A stretch of DNA of 64,000 nucleotides from Takakia lepidozioides (lineage: Eukaryota; Plantae; Bryophyta): contig CM060734.1 of NCBI GenBank assembly GCA_030704615.1, positions 1,240,001 through 1,304,000 of the forward strand, given 5' to 3'. Of the stretch, positions 36,217 through 49,975 are shown in pieces; the stretch's first letter is position 1; every line of letters begins with the position of its first letter. A model generated the notes under the pieces. That model was given only the letters and a program-made list of their open reading frames with translations, was not told where the DNA came from and ran no database searches. Both the position numbers and the translations under genes were made by a program.

Positions 36217-39095
36217 GATGGATGTGTTTAGGGAGAGTCTGTGCAATCAAGGGAGAACCCCAGGCTGCAAGCTCAGGCATGGTGAGTATAGACTTAAAAC
36301 ACAGTTCATTGCGGTTTAGTCTAGGTTTTTATTAAGAGAGATAAGTACGACCAGAATCATCTTCGGTGGGGAATAGGAGTGACTTCTTCAAAAGGAGTTG
36401 CATACATTCTTGTAAATGAAAGCTTGAAGCGAAGGACAGGATTGACCCTAAGCTTTTTTTCTTGGTGATGCTCCATTTCCCTTACCTCGCTGGAGCAAGC
36501 AAAGGAAGCAGAGTTAGCTGCTTTTCTAGAATGAAAAAAGCACTCACTTTTAGAGAAAGTACCCTTGCAAGTAGATTCTTGTCTGCTTGACAAGCTTCCG
36601 ACTTGGATATGATTGGGCGAGCTAGAACAGGTATATGAGTTTCTGCTGTGGGTGTTCTTTTTCAAATATAGTTGTGTGCGCACATGAGGTGTATACTTCT
36701 TCATGCTAACTTACATTGCGCATGTTCAATTCAAGTATTCACATCAAGCACTCGTTTCTCCGTGACTGGAGGTAAACACCCACTCATTTTGCTATTCTTT
36801 TAGTCAAGTCTAGACAAAGGATTTCTGAGGCAGTATATGCCGTTTTAGAGGCAAATTAGAAGCAGAACATGCGCAAGATGCTTTTGCATAATCTCCAGCT
36901 TGACTTTGTCCCGCCCGAAACCTAGCTAGTGTATTTTTGGTGGGCTTTAAATAGCATAAAATCCCACTTGTCCTGTGACGCTGTGGAGCCCATGGGCTGG
37001 GGCCCGTAATCTCAGATTATGGGCAGATAGGCAGGTAGTTTTCTTTTCACACGGTCTACAATGCAGTTTTTACGCGAGTTAAAGTCCTGTAACTCTGACT
37101 TTATGCAAATCAAGATTCCCAATCTTGAATCGCGGAAAGCCCTTGTTGCAGGACTTCACCTAATACATAACAATCTCCAGCCAATCAGAGGCTGCGGAGC
37201 TGCCTATATATATACCTTTGAATAATTGCCGGTTTAACTTTGTAAAAGACAATTAAGGTCTGCAGCCTCTGATTAGCTGCAGGGTCCCTTAATCTTCCCC
37301 ACAACTCCTTAATGTGATGATCGACAAAAAGAGCAGGAGGGGGGGTGATGTAGCTCCGCAAGTTGCGGTGAGAGAGCGAGGGCGGGACAATGGTAAACTT
37401 GGTGCTCTGCGATCGATCTGTGAGGCAGCTCCAGTGCTTCGTCAGGCTAATCGACATCAAGTTCATCAGCCCTGTGCTTCTTCTATCAAACGATACCGAT
37501 TGATCAGGGAAAGCCGAACTGAGGAATGTCTCCTCTCCATTGAACTATTCCGATTATCCTCTCATCTTCATTGGACTCTCAAAAGACCCCTACCACTATC
37601 CATCTACCTTCATCCCGGTGCTCTAACCAAGTAACTCCCAGGCTTCATTGCGCCCCCAGGTTCATCGCTCTGATATGGCGACCAGGCTGATACAATCGTC
37701 CAACTAAGACAATAAGGGACAGACCGCCGCCATTTGCCCCATTCATCCCACCACGCCTGCCCCTGGACGACAGAGGCTGCCGTAACAAAAGAACCACCGG
37801 ACTGACGCCTATGATCACCTAGCACTCGAAACTTTCCCTGCTACACTCTCCACTCCCTTCGAAAAACGGTTTCTGAAATAATGTGCTCTCGAGGTTTCCT
37901 TCATCATCGTACAACTCATTTTCACAAGCACTGTTTCGGACTCCAGTTGGAACCGCAGGCAAAGAAGCTCCTCGTGCACAACTGCGAGTCCATTATCTTC
38001 AGCACTGGCGCTGAATGGCAGAGGATGGTCTTTAGAATAAAATCTGACCAAATTATCCGCGTCCGGGGACATGGTGAGCACTCTATAAATTACGGAAGGA
38101 AGACTGCGCCTGTCTCGGCAGACAAAGAATGTTGGGGGAAGTACAGCGTTCACTCGTGGGGAAGAACAGCTGCACAACATCCTCATTGTCATCCGCATAT
38201 TTCCTTCAAATTCCCGTTGCCCTGGATCTTCGCACGGAAAAAAGGGAGTGTGGATCCTAGCCGCGCCAAGAATGATTGTGGCTTGTGCCACATAACCCCG
38301 GTCCCCAAACAGACTAAATTATTTGATGCCTTGTTCGAAGTCTGACAAACTCCTCCCCGTGGGTCCCAGCAGCTTTGGGCATTAGATATCGGTATTGACA
38401 AAGGAATTGAATTGAGAAACTACGGGACATCACGTCTTGGCGGCCCTGACAGCAACTTTGAAACCAGAGGACTGACACCATAAGCGGCACATACACCCTA
38501 AACCAAGCAGCATTTTCAGCAGGCATACCTTAAACCTTAAAGTTTCTAACAACAAAATCGCCGGACATACGGGAATCTTATCGTATACGTGCTTTCATGC
38601 TTTCATTTTTTCCATCTCAAATGGCAGGTGCTGGGGACACCTGGCGGAGAACGGACATCCCACTCAGACGCGCCGCAATGGAGTCGCCGCCAACAAACTT
38701 CCCCCATTGACGTGGCGCCAGATGCCCGCCTCCATGATATTTGTACGATAACTGTATGTAATGGTCAGCTGCAGGGAGTCTGGAGGTGGCAGAGTGCCCA
38801 CCCGAAGGTGGAGAGGGAGGCCCCCATGACGCCACCAGGCGCAGCCATTTCATTTCATTTCACTTGGCTTAGAGAGCAAGGTAGTCAAGCTGGAGAGTTG
38901 TAGAGCGAGACAGGGTGATAGCGCTTGTTTCCAGCGTAGAAGGAGAAGACAATCTCTCTACTTCCACGGGTGCAAGGGAGAGGAAGAGAGCCAGAGAGAG
39001 GATGAAGCAGCGTATTCCTGAGGGTATTCCTGAGGCGAGCGGTGAGAAGAGCACACAGACTGGAGGTTTCCCATAGCAGGCCACAGAGACTCGTG

Positions 39096-40978
39096 TGTTT
39101 GGAATATATTTTTAGCTCCGATGGTCCTCAGAATTTACAGACTACTACGGAGTACTTAAGCATAATTTATCACCAAGTTTGGTGAAATATGGTTAAGGTT
39201 TGCAACAGCACCGAATTACAAGGCCAACGGCACTTGCGGCGACCGATTAATTGGTTTTCTATTTTATTCATTGGAGGAAAAATCACAAATTCGCCCTAGG
39301 GGTTGTTTGGATGAGAAATGTCACCTAGCCATCCAAGTTTTGGATGGAAAGACATTTGCTCGTTCCCTTTAATAATTTCCATCCTAGTTTTTAGTTTATT
39401 TCATTATGTTGTTTTTAAACTAAAACTCCCTCTACTTTATACTAGTTTAATATTATTTTCCCGTAGTTTATGAGGCCCAAAAGTAGTATAAAAGAGAAGC
39501 AAAGCTCTCTTGTTTCTCACCTAGTTTCGTTTGTTTGCTTGTCTCTTGCTTGTTATTGTGTTCTAGTTTGTTAGTATGGCTAGAGGGAGCCTAGGTCCTA
39601 GAGAGTAGAGCTTGAGCTCTCTAGTATTATGAAAGCATTTTAGAGCTAAGAGGGGAGTCCTAGCTCATCGTGGGCCTTTGAGCCATTTGAGTAGTTATAA
39701 ATGAGGTTTTGTGAGCACCAAGGTGTAGTTTGAGTGACTTGGAGACGAGTAGGAGAGCCGGAGGTGGACCAAGCTTGACGAGTACCTGAAGGAGGGCCGC
39801 AAGGAGTACCATACTACCGAACCATGAACATCACAAAGCGTCATTTGCATTTTTAGGTGACTCACCCCCTACATGTTTGATTTGATAAGTAGATTTCTTG
39901 TTTATTTCACACCAAGCCAAGGGCTTTGGTAGTTGTTTTGTTTCCCATATTAGTTTCAAGAAAAGCTAACCCTTTCAAGAGGAGAGGAGATATATGTGTT
40001 TTCATTTGATTTAAGGAGCTCAAGTGAAGGGGAAAGACCCCAAGTGAAGGTCTCAAAGAGCTTGAAGCCTATTTTGTTTTTTTCAAGTTCTTGCTTAAAC
40101 TGAGCTTGAGGAGCTCTCAAGGAAGCTGACCAACAGCTAGAGTCATTGATTGAAAGAGGCTTAAGTCCTAGACTAACCTCCTAAAGATCAACCAAGGGAA
40201 AAGGCCTTGGGGAGGGTTTGTTTGTTTTTTGTTTTTGATGGTTTTTTACTTGATTTTCAGGTCTACCCAGTGCCATAGCAGCCCGCCCTAGGTGGCGGGG
40301 CTAGGCCATAGCCACCCAAGTGCTTTGGAGTATAGCCAGTGAGCGGGCTTCCCCCACGTTGACCCCAGATCGTACTTTCCAGCTTTATCGCACCCCCCAC
40401 AAGGGGGATTTTGGGGGGGAACTCCCCCAGGACCCGCCGGGTAAAACCCGGTCGGCAGACCAGCAGATAAAGGCGCAGACCGGCCCTCCGTCCAGCGGTC
40501 CGACGCTCAAGGACCGGGCCGCGCTGCACCACGCCGCGCCACGTGGCGTGCGCGAGCATAGTGCCCTTAAAAGGGGATATTTCCAACCTTTTGCTAATAG
40601 AATTTAGGGAGACCCCTCCTTAGGGGAAATTGGTTCATTTCCAAGGATGGGTGGGTTGATAATTCTTCATCTTTTAGTAGAGTGTAGCCCCAGTCGGGGC
40701 CTTCATTATGAGCTCAAGCTCAACCTTGGGGGCTTAAGGAGAGTTGAGCTACATACAGAGACAGCCAGGAAACAAATTGTGGAGCAAAACTACACTACAA
40801 CAATTGTAGGCTACAGTAATGAATAGTGTCAAGGAGAAAAGTAGGGAATGACAAGTTCTAAGTGAAATAGGGCTCCATCTACCCTTGATTCACGCTCCAA
40901 GGGGGGCGCTTAGGGGCAGAGTGGCCAAACCATAGGCCCTGGACTCACCATTGTATTATTTTAAGTTTATTCCCAACA
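39096..40978. mobile_element. Probable solo LTR (1883 bp)
   Basis: Termini TGTTTGGAATA...TATTCCCAACA (TG..CA, imperfect inverted repeat), 4-bp flanking direct repeat CGTG, no credible coding content. Confidence 0.65.
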
Positions 40979-42775
40979 CGTGTTAACATGATTGGATGAG
41001 GAGGTCGATTTTCTGTCCATTCGCTGCAACTTTCCGTCCATCCGCTGACTGGGCGACGCTCCCAGCTGTCGGGGAACTGTCCCCCAATGTTTTCTGTTCC
41101 CGGGCCCATTCCCGGGATGTTCCCTAAGGTAATTTTGGGATCTTTGGGATCCAGGGAAGATTCCCTATCCAGGGGTATTTTTTATATTTTTATATTAGTG
41201 CATAGGAGAAAGCTACGAGGGTGGAGCGGCACTCCGCCCTCCCGCCATGATCTTGTCTATGTCTTAGCAGGACTTTAGTTATGACTATCTTTATAGGATT
41301 CCGCCAAATCTCTAGATCTCTCGTCTTCCTAGCTCTCTTAACTAGTGGTTCCGCCTACTTGTCTGAATCTCTACATTCAGCCATGGCCGCCGCCACGGTC
41401 TCCGCTGCTGCTCAAATGGCTTTCACAGGGTGGTTTCACTGCCCCTTTCCCTGCATTGGCAATATATTATACGGTTGTCTCATTGCGCTTCTTCTGAGCT
41501 TCTTTTTGATGTTTCTGGAGCGAGCTCCACCAACAAACAACCACCACAAAGGTCGCGAAGTCACCATCTCTTCCAACCCCAGTCAAGCTCGAGAGCAGAC
41601 AAGCCTGCCTCCCGTCCTGCCAGTTGCTTCATACCGGAGTACTCAAGATCTCCAGCACCGAGATCCAAAAACGCATTGGCCATACAGCCTCGACATTCTC
41701 TCCAAGCTCAAGTGGTCAACTCAGCCCTCGTCACGTCCTCCCGTTCAGACTCATGGAGACACGGCGCTTCTTACGAACCATCTGTGGGGTTTTTCGTATG
41801 CTACGAACTTCTTCATGCTCACCGCAACTTCGGCTGTTCAGAAGGGTTCTCAATAGCAGGGCCCGTGGGGCTCTCTCTCACAGGCTCACTCATCAAGGAA
41901 AACGGGTTTACTCCCATCTCTCTTGCATTTGCAAAAATCATGTGTGTGTTTTGCTGCTCTCGCGGGATGCCTGGGCAAACTACTATCAGCTGCTCTCGCA
42001 CCAACATACACGGCATTTCATATACGGCTTGCACTTTCGACCTCCACAATTTGAAGCGGAATGTTTACACATCTGATCCAGCGCTCTTGTATAGTGAGAT
42101 TCACGGGTGGGGGTTCATCAAGAAACACTATCAGAAGAGAGTCAACACCAACACCACAACTACTTCCAGCGTACTGGCCCTAAGACACAGCCAACACACT
42201 GCGAGTCTCTAGTCGGATATGCCAGGCACTACCTGGTCAAAATCTAAGTGCTATGAACTACAAATGATGGACAGGCAGCGAATTTGGAAGCGACTGCCAC
42301 TCGGTTCCTGGCCTCCCGCCACCCTGAGCAAACCCAGTGGGCTCCACCTCTTCTACGGGCAATTATATTGCGATCTCATCACACACACGAATGCGGCCAC
42401 CCCAAGTGACAGAAGATGGAGATGGCCTGCTGCCCTGGCTGGCACTAGAGGCGGCATTCATAACGTCAGTATCAATGCACTCCACACTAACTTTAAACTC
42501 CCTTTCATCTCCATTCATAAATGTTTCAAAGCAATGCACCTCACAGCCCTCCGCTCCCTCACAGCCATCATTACTAACAAATGTAAACTCAAATCTAACC
42601 CTTCTCTGGCTCCCGGGGCACCTAGGGTACCCTAGGTACCCCAAGTCCCAACGGTACCTTGCTCCTTTAGACTCCTAGTGTCCTATGGACACCTTTTAGA
42701 GCGGACCCACCCCCGAGAGGGGGCAGTAGCCGTGAGGCGAAGTGGCTCTTAGTTACGCCGGTTTTGGCCGAAGTC

Positions 42776-42794
42776 TTCTCTCTCTTTCTTTCTT

Positions 42795-42833
<39 letters not shown>
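42776..42833. repeat. (TC)n/(TTTC)n microsatellite
   Basis: Direct reading. Confidence 0.9.
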
Positions 42834-42835
<2 letters not shown>

Positions 42836-44499
42836 TTTTATATTTTTATTTATTTTTGCGCTTAATTTGAATTATTAATTATGGATAAATAGTCATTGAG
42901 GCTTTGATTAAATTGACCCCCTTTAAGACCAGAAATTGGGGCTTTAAAGGGATTTTGCCCTTCCTGAGGGGTGGCTTGACCCAAAGCACCCAGGAATAGG
43001 AGAGGTAGTGGGAAGAGGTTTCCCTTCTTCTTCCCTAAACTCGGAAGGTGCTTTGTGAAGGGACAGAGGAAAGAACCAGTCCCGGCTATTAGCGCTGCGG
43101 GGGTTTAGGCTAGTAGGAATTAGTAAAGAGCGAGAAAGAGAGAGATGAGCCACTTCGCCCTGCGACTACTGCCCCTTTTCAGGGATGGGCCCTATTGAAT
43201 TAGTAAATAAACCAAGACTTGGAAGGCAATTACAAAACTTAAAACACATAAAAATATCATAGGATTTAGGAACGCAAAATTGCCCTGTGAGGGAGAGAGT
43301 TAAACTCTTATTTGCCAGTAGGATTAATTATTGCATCAAAACCGTCACTAGCATGCCACGAATCCCCTGCACTAACCGCAGTCGGGTGGGCGAATCTTGA
43401 GCCCAACCCATTCCGCCACACACTTCAATCCCTCCTAACTAGTATGTCGTCACCCTGGCCGCGCGCGTTCAGGGCTCGTCATATAAATGGTACGTCTGCC
43501 GGGAGGTGAGTTAATAGTTAGGACTTTCCGACGGACGAGGTAACGATATTTGTTTTTATCCTCGTTTTTTCTTATGTTTTGTTTTACATCTTATTTATGA
43601 GCCTACTCTGTTGTATTGAGATTGAAGAACCACATGCTAATGAGGATTAAAAACCGTTGCATAATAGGCTTTTCTTAAGATCTTCCCTTAAGGTATTAAC
43701 GCCATGGCACTTACGGAGATGCAGTATGGCTATTCAGGTAGAAGCTCATCGCTTCTACTTATCATTTGAGGCACTTGTAACCGGCCTCTATTGTGTCATT
43801 TCGGGGATCGATCCAGTGAAATACGGACGGAAGATTTGATTGTCATTTGCAAGTTAATGGGAAGTCGCATCCTTGACATCGCTGAGGAGTACAAGGGATA
43901 TTGGATCTCGGCCAAAGTAGGGCCATTGGGGAAGAAAGCTCTTACGACACCCATTTCTTCATTCTTCAGGTTCAATACACGTTGGCCGGGGTGTTGTCAA
44001 CCCCTGTTTTTGGGATACCTTGACGTACAATCATCATTGGAGGCTCACCTCGCGTGGCAGGTTTACTTGGGTTGCTGCCCTTTGTGCCGAACCATTGCCT
44101 ATGATGGTATTAATTTTCATTGTCCGCTCCCTTCCATCCGGAGATCCGGAGAAGCCACCACATTTTTGGGTCATATGGCCCTATTGACCTCACGTTTGAT
44201 TGGATTTGTTGGTTGTTTGGTTATGTCTTAGAAGATTATTTGGAGGTTGAGGAACACCTCCCCTATCCATACAGTACTATTAAGTACATTTGTCATCCCG
44301 AGATTTTACGCCGGCATTAGCAACAATGCGGCAGTTCTAGTCATTGAGCTAATTACCAACGGCCAGCTAGACGTGGCAAAGACTGTGCACGGGCTGCGGA
44401 CATTGGGCTTGAAACTATTTGGAGGGAAGTTAGGGCCACTGAGCAATTGCAATCTGTTCTGAAACGCCTGGCAATAAATGGGCCCACATGTGCGAAGAA

Positions 44500-45060
44500 A
44501 TTTGAGTTTGCCCCATAGCTGGAACATTTTGACCATGTAAACCGTGTTCCTGGATGGATGACTCTTGCGTGCCATGTATACGAGCCAAATTGTGAGAAGT
44601 TGATGACAATTGCCATCTGCGAGATGAAAGTCCATGACACCAAGGCGTGTGTGCTCTTCTGGGAATGAAATGAGCAAATGGCTCGAGCAGGCAATCGTCG
44701 ACCGCATTTTTGGGGGTTTATGGCTGACAGAGCCAGAGCAAACTGGGCAGCCATTCGCATTGTCTATGGAACCGAGGGGAAGGATATGCCACTCGTCGAC
44801 AGAGAGAGAACTTGTGGGTTTCACTGGGCTCAGAGTTTTCGATCACACACTAAAAAGTACATCAAGGAGATCACGAGGGATCAACACAAATAGCTCTGTC
44901 AGGCATGGTGCAATGCACCAGTCCCTGAAACTGGCAAAACCAACTATGCTATCCTATGAGCTTGGTGGTCCAGTTCCGGTGCTAGCCACGACGACGATCT
45001 ACCTACCTTGGAGAGTTGGTTTGCGTGGTGGCGTCACCGTTACCCCCAGCTCGGGATAAG
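44500..45060 (+). pseudogene. MULE transposase of element 3, catalytic core
   Basis: HFDHVNRVPGWMTLACHVYEPNCEKLMTIAICEMKVHD, GFMADRARANWAAIRIVYG...RERTCGFHWAQS and WFAWWRHRYPQLG are colinear with the element 2 transposase. Confidence 0.82.
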
Positions 45061-45081
45061 CAAGTCATGTCCTCCTGTTGT

Positions 45082-47190
45082 TGTTTGGCGCCGAACATCT
45101 GTATCTCCAGCCCATTTTCCAAAATGTTGACATGCTTTACTCTTAGTTATTTCTTGTTTCAGAGTTCGCCGCCAAACATACTCCTTTGCTTGCACTTTCA
45201 GATGTCATCTACGTCAAGATTAACAGTTCGGCGCCGAACATGCTTCTTTGCGTGGATTTTCAGATGTCATCTATGCCCTAGATTGACAGTTCGGCGCCCA
45301 CTTCTTGCAGCAATAAATCTTGAGCAACATTGCTAAAATCTCTTGTCATATTCAGGATCCAATCAAGGTCGGCAACATCCGCGTATTTCAGCCGACAACT
45401 AAAATCCATATTCACATATACAATGGAGTTGCTGACTAGCAACTTTGCAACCTCGTTCAAAGTCACTGTTGGCTAGTGTATCATACCCTAGTCCCCATGA
45501 CAGTCAAGCCTGCTGAGGAAAATGAAATACAGATGCTTGCATAGAGTGTAGGGTCCTCGAGCGTTCTTCATGGAAATGAAGTCCGGACAAGTGCACTCAG
45601 GAAATTTGCCTATTGTAACATTGTATGCAAGGTTATACTCGAAGATCCGGCAGTCCTCAGAGTGTACACCCTCCCGAACCCTGGAGCGGGAACATCTATA
45701 AAGCCTATGACTTACCCATGAAGCATATCTGCGCTCCGCATTTGGTGAAATTTAGTCTGCTTGCACGTTTCTTTTTTAATCTCCTATCCCACCGCTTCGT
45801 TGGATAAACATCTCTGTTCTCCGAGTTCTCATGGACTGTAGTAGAATCCGAAGTTCGTGACTGAGGCTGACTAGGGAGCGGAAGCTCAACATCCCTGGGC
45901 ACCAGCCTAAAACCAGCCCAAGTCAAAGCATCCACCTCCGCCTGGTCTAGGTTACAACCTTCAGCCACAGGCCAAACTGAAGGAAGTCCAGGCTTATCTT
46001 CTACATTATCAACCACACCACCGTGGACACACTCAAATATGTCGTCAGGACATAACCACATCATCTGTACCTTTGGTTTCACAAGAGCGCAAGGATGGTA
46101 TCTTCCCAAATAGCACGGCGCCGGTGTGCCTTCTTTCATACCAGTCTTTCGAACCACTGTCTTGCAAGGCTGTATCGTACTCCGATGGATTGCATGGTAA
46201 TAGGATCTGCAAGTGGAAGTGGTATGCGCAATGTGAAACATAGCTAGGAACTAGAGGTTGGACTCAACAACTGGCTTGTCGTGGTGCAATGGGCGATCTC
46301 CCTCATTATCAACGTCCATATAGTTCTCTAATGGTAGAGGGACATACCGTCTTCGCTTTGTGGTTCGAAGATTAAAATCAGATCTCCACGACAAGTTCTC
46401 AGCCTCGACGGCAATCTGTCCCTCATTCCCACTTAGGATCATCTTCACTTTTGAGATCCGTTTGTCCCCTTCAAGGCCGTCGGGCCTGTTGTGGAGCGGT
46501 GTTCCGTTAACAAACATTTTGGATGTCTTTGCATGCTTTGCAGGATTTTTTGATCGCGATGCAGCACGCACCAGCTTCTCCATTTTCTCTGGACCACCCC
46601 CACGAAATCGGTCATTCATGAACTCCATGTAGTTTGCATTCTGAATAACAACTCTAGTCAGGTCGTCCACTGTTGCATCGTAGAGATTCCCAGGGCCACT
46701 GCCGGAGGAAACTTTTCAACTGGAGTGGACGGACTTGGGCATGTTTGTCATTGGCATGTGTGCATCGTCATCCAATGACATTTTCTGCTCGATATACAAG
46801 AAGTTAGTCCATTCATTTATAATACCGTCTCATGGTTCAGCTCCGAACAGTACAAGAAAACATTCCAGGAACATCTGGAAAATGCTATCGCAGAACTGTA
46901 TCGGAGTTGGGCTTCCCCGTAAGCTGGAACAGTTCGGCGCTGAATTGTCAATCTGGGGCGTAGATGACATCTAAAAATCGACGGAAAGAAACATGTCATT
47001 TTCGAGCTATAGTGCCTCAACAAATGACTGAATATGCTATGAGAGATATGGGCTATGCGCATTTTCATTATTTAGGCTATGGGGATCAGACAGTATTTTG
47101 CCCTTCCCAGGACATTTTGTTCTCTAAGTGTTCGGCGCCGAACATCTTATGTGCAATTTTGTAGGAGTTGAAGTATTCGACGCCGAACCT
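45082..47190. repeat. Split cluster of the 16-bp palindrome TGTTCGGCGCCGAACA (unit about 63 bp) at 45082-45300 and 46833-47190
   Basis: Perfect copy at 47129-47144; variants at 45082, 45163, 45225, 45288, 46833, 46931 and 47174. Confidence 0.85.
45293..46786 (-). pseudogene. MULE transposase of element 3, C-terminal part with SWIM, inverted relative to the core
   Basis: MSLDDDAHMP..., DDLTRVVIQ...RAASRS, GTPAPCY...WLCPDD, YNVTIGKFPECTCPDF...LCKHLYF. Confidence 0.8.
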
Positions 47191-49975
47191 TCCTCCCTCT
47201 AGGCAATCATGTTTGCTTTAATTTTCGTTTGGGTAGTCTGAACCTCTATCTCTCTCCCCTGATTATCTCATTTTATCTGAGGTCATTGCGATGGATCTTG
47301 TTGGCATATAATTTATAATTTGTGGAGACCCACTGGAAGCTTCGTCGAACAGACAAATATTTTCTTTGGTTCTATTGTGGGCTGAGGCCTTGTGGTGGGA
47401 GTCGTGGGGAGCCTTGGGGCTCACCATGGTCCATTGGGGCCATGGTGGGTGAGGCCAATACTCACCGCAACTCATCACAGGGAGTTGAGGTTCACGGTGG
47501 TGGTTCACCATATAGGAGTTGGGCTGTTTGTGAGACCTCCGCCAGCACCTACAAAGTATATATAGGGAGTAGTAACCCCGAGAACAGTGCAAGCCCGTTA
47601 CGTGACCAAAAGCTAATGAAGGAACCAAGGGAGCCGGAAAGCGACCAAGTGTGGGGAGCTAGTCCAGACTGCCTACAACCATAGGGAATTCCCACATAGC
47701 CCACTTAGTTGAGGGCTGCGTGGGAGGGCGAGTTCAACGAGTGTCATGATCCACATGTATAGTTGCTTTGAGAGTATCATATAGTCAATAGCTTAAATAG
47801 TGTCAATCCGAAAATGGAAAATGGATTTATCCAGTTTCCATCTAGTATTCCCACACTAGGACTGCATTATCTAATGTGTGTCTCTAGTCAATGTGTTAGG
47901 AAACCACTTCAGTTGAATCTGCTTGCGCGAGCATTTAAGAGTGCACATTTAATTTATCACGATCCAAAAAACTACCCATAGTTTAGGACTCGTTTATCCA
48001 AAGCTTTCCCCTCAGATGTGCTAGAACACCATACACAGAACATTTGGACTGACCCAATAAATCTAGCAGTAGGGTACTAGGTACCCCATATTACCAGATT
48101 TAGTAATACAAGTACCTTATTTCATCCAAAGAGTGCAGTGGTTTGGTGGGAAGAGCACATTTCAAACACCTAGAATTTGGAGAGTGTTGCATTCTCGTTC
48201 CAGCGTTTTGTTGGAAGACTTTCAAAATTGGACGTACAATTCAAAGAGAACAATACGTAGTGCAAATTTCAGTTTTAGTTCCAAGTGCCGCTTTGATTGC
48301 TGGTCATGCAAATACCCTAGTTTCTCACGGTAACTCCAGCAATTTGGCAAGTAGAAGCCACAAGCGCTAGATCCATCAGAGGTCTAATAAGTAGAGCTTG
48401 TTTCTCAGGACTATCTGCAAAGTATGGACTCGGCATGGGCCACTGTAAAGGGGTCTACTTGAGGAGCTTCACCTGCATTCTTCTTTGGCAAAGGTACTCT
48501 CTACCATCTTACAATTCCTATAATCCTTAGTCCTTCTGATGCTTATTGGCCCAACTGTTGACGAAATTTAGATAATTATTAAGGATCCAACAGAACTGGC
48601 AACGATTGCTAAAACCTGTAAGGAATCCGTTTGAGGGATACCTTAATAGATTACTCTATAACTGAGAGAGAGAGATGATAGTTGGCAAGTTCAATATGAG
48701 TCTTGGATCCCATTTATGCAGCACATACAGCCGTGAGGGAGTCAACATCATAGTAAGGTACTTCTCAAACATACTTGAGAGAAAGACTGCCAACCCTAAC
48801 CCAGGATCATCTGTTCTCTTGGCCCATAATAAGAGTTAGAGGAAAAGCAAAAAGTCTAAACCCTCTCATCTGTTTGCGAAGCTAGAGATGAGGTGCAAAG
48901 AACAGACATGTATCATCGGCTTAAGCAGGTAGCAAGTGAACCTGATAAATCAAAAGCTACAAAAAAGGATAAGCAAATGCTGCAACAGAAATCCATGAAT
49001 CTCAATCTAGGAAAAGTGGCAATTTCATTGGGTTCAAAGGCACCTACCTTATCTGTACTGCTTGTTAAAGAAAATTAGGTCAACTGAGGAACGTTGGAAA
49101 TAATCCCAACATAACTGTTTCTCATTAGCTAGCAGTGAGAAATAGACTGTACTCATGTTGTTCCTGGGAAGGTTGGCTTGCCATAGCCTTACAGCCATGG
49201 CAATAAGAAAAAGAGTGATAGAGAGCAGGCAGCCCAGTGGTTGGGTGTTCGTGCCATGCCTGTGCATTGTGAATCTGCTGGACGTCAAGCAAACTTTAAC
49301 TTTAACTTCAACTTTAACTTTAACTTTAGAGTTAAGAGTATGTAATTGGAAAGATGGGTTAGCAGTAACAAGCCAAAATCACACCACATGTACAATCTTT
49401 CCTGGGACTGAGTTATACATTTCCTACTTGATTGAGAAGCCAGGAGGAGCTGCAGGAGTGCGTAATAAGCTACAGTGAAGGCTAACATTACAGTTTTAGG
49501 GGAAGAAACACAGCACGGTTTCTGCAATTACAAATTACAACCAGTTGAAAATCTAGCATAGGTTATGCACCCACCATGGGATTTAGAAATCGACACTTAT
49601 TTTGGATCAAGATTTTGAAGGCAAACCTTTTTGTCAAAGACTTAATTAAATGCACCATTGAAGACCCACAACCCCAGCTGATGTACCCTTAAGTCACAGG
49701 GTGAAAGCATCTGCCAGCACTACCACTCCGGATTGTGCGTGTTATAAAACCACAATAAGAACATGCCAGTAGGATAAGAAAACTCCCCACCATGTGTCTT
49801 CAATGGCCCCGGCACCAATCTCCATGCTGACAGCTACTGAAAATTGCAAAAAATTGAGGCAAAGACAATCTACAATTGACAACATGCGCCATGCTAGCGG
49901 GTGATGTATTTGTCCCATGATCAGTTTTCCTTTTAGGCATTATTTCCATGAGCATAAGCTTGGATTCACTCTGAG

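Noticed and set aside
37185-39090. Several 70-160-aa ORFs on both strands
   Set aside because: No recognisable motifs or consistent splice structure
49291-49328. (AACTTT)n as a telomeric repeat
   Set aside because: Short hexamer microsatellite, not TTTAGGG
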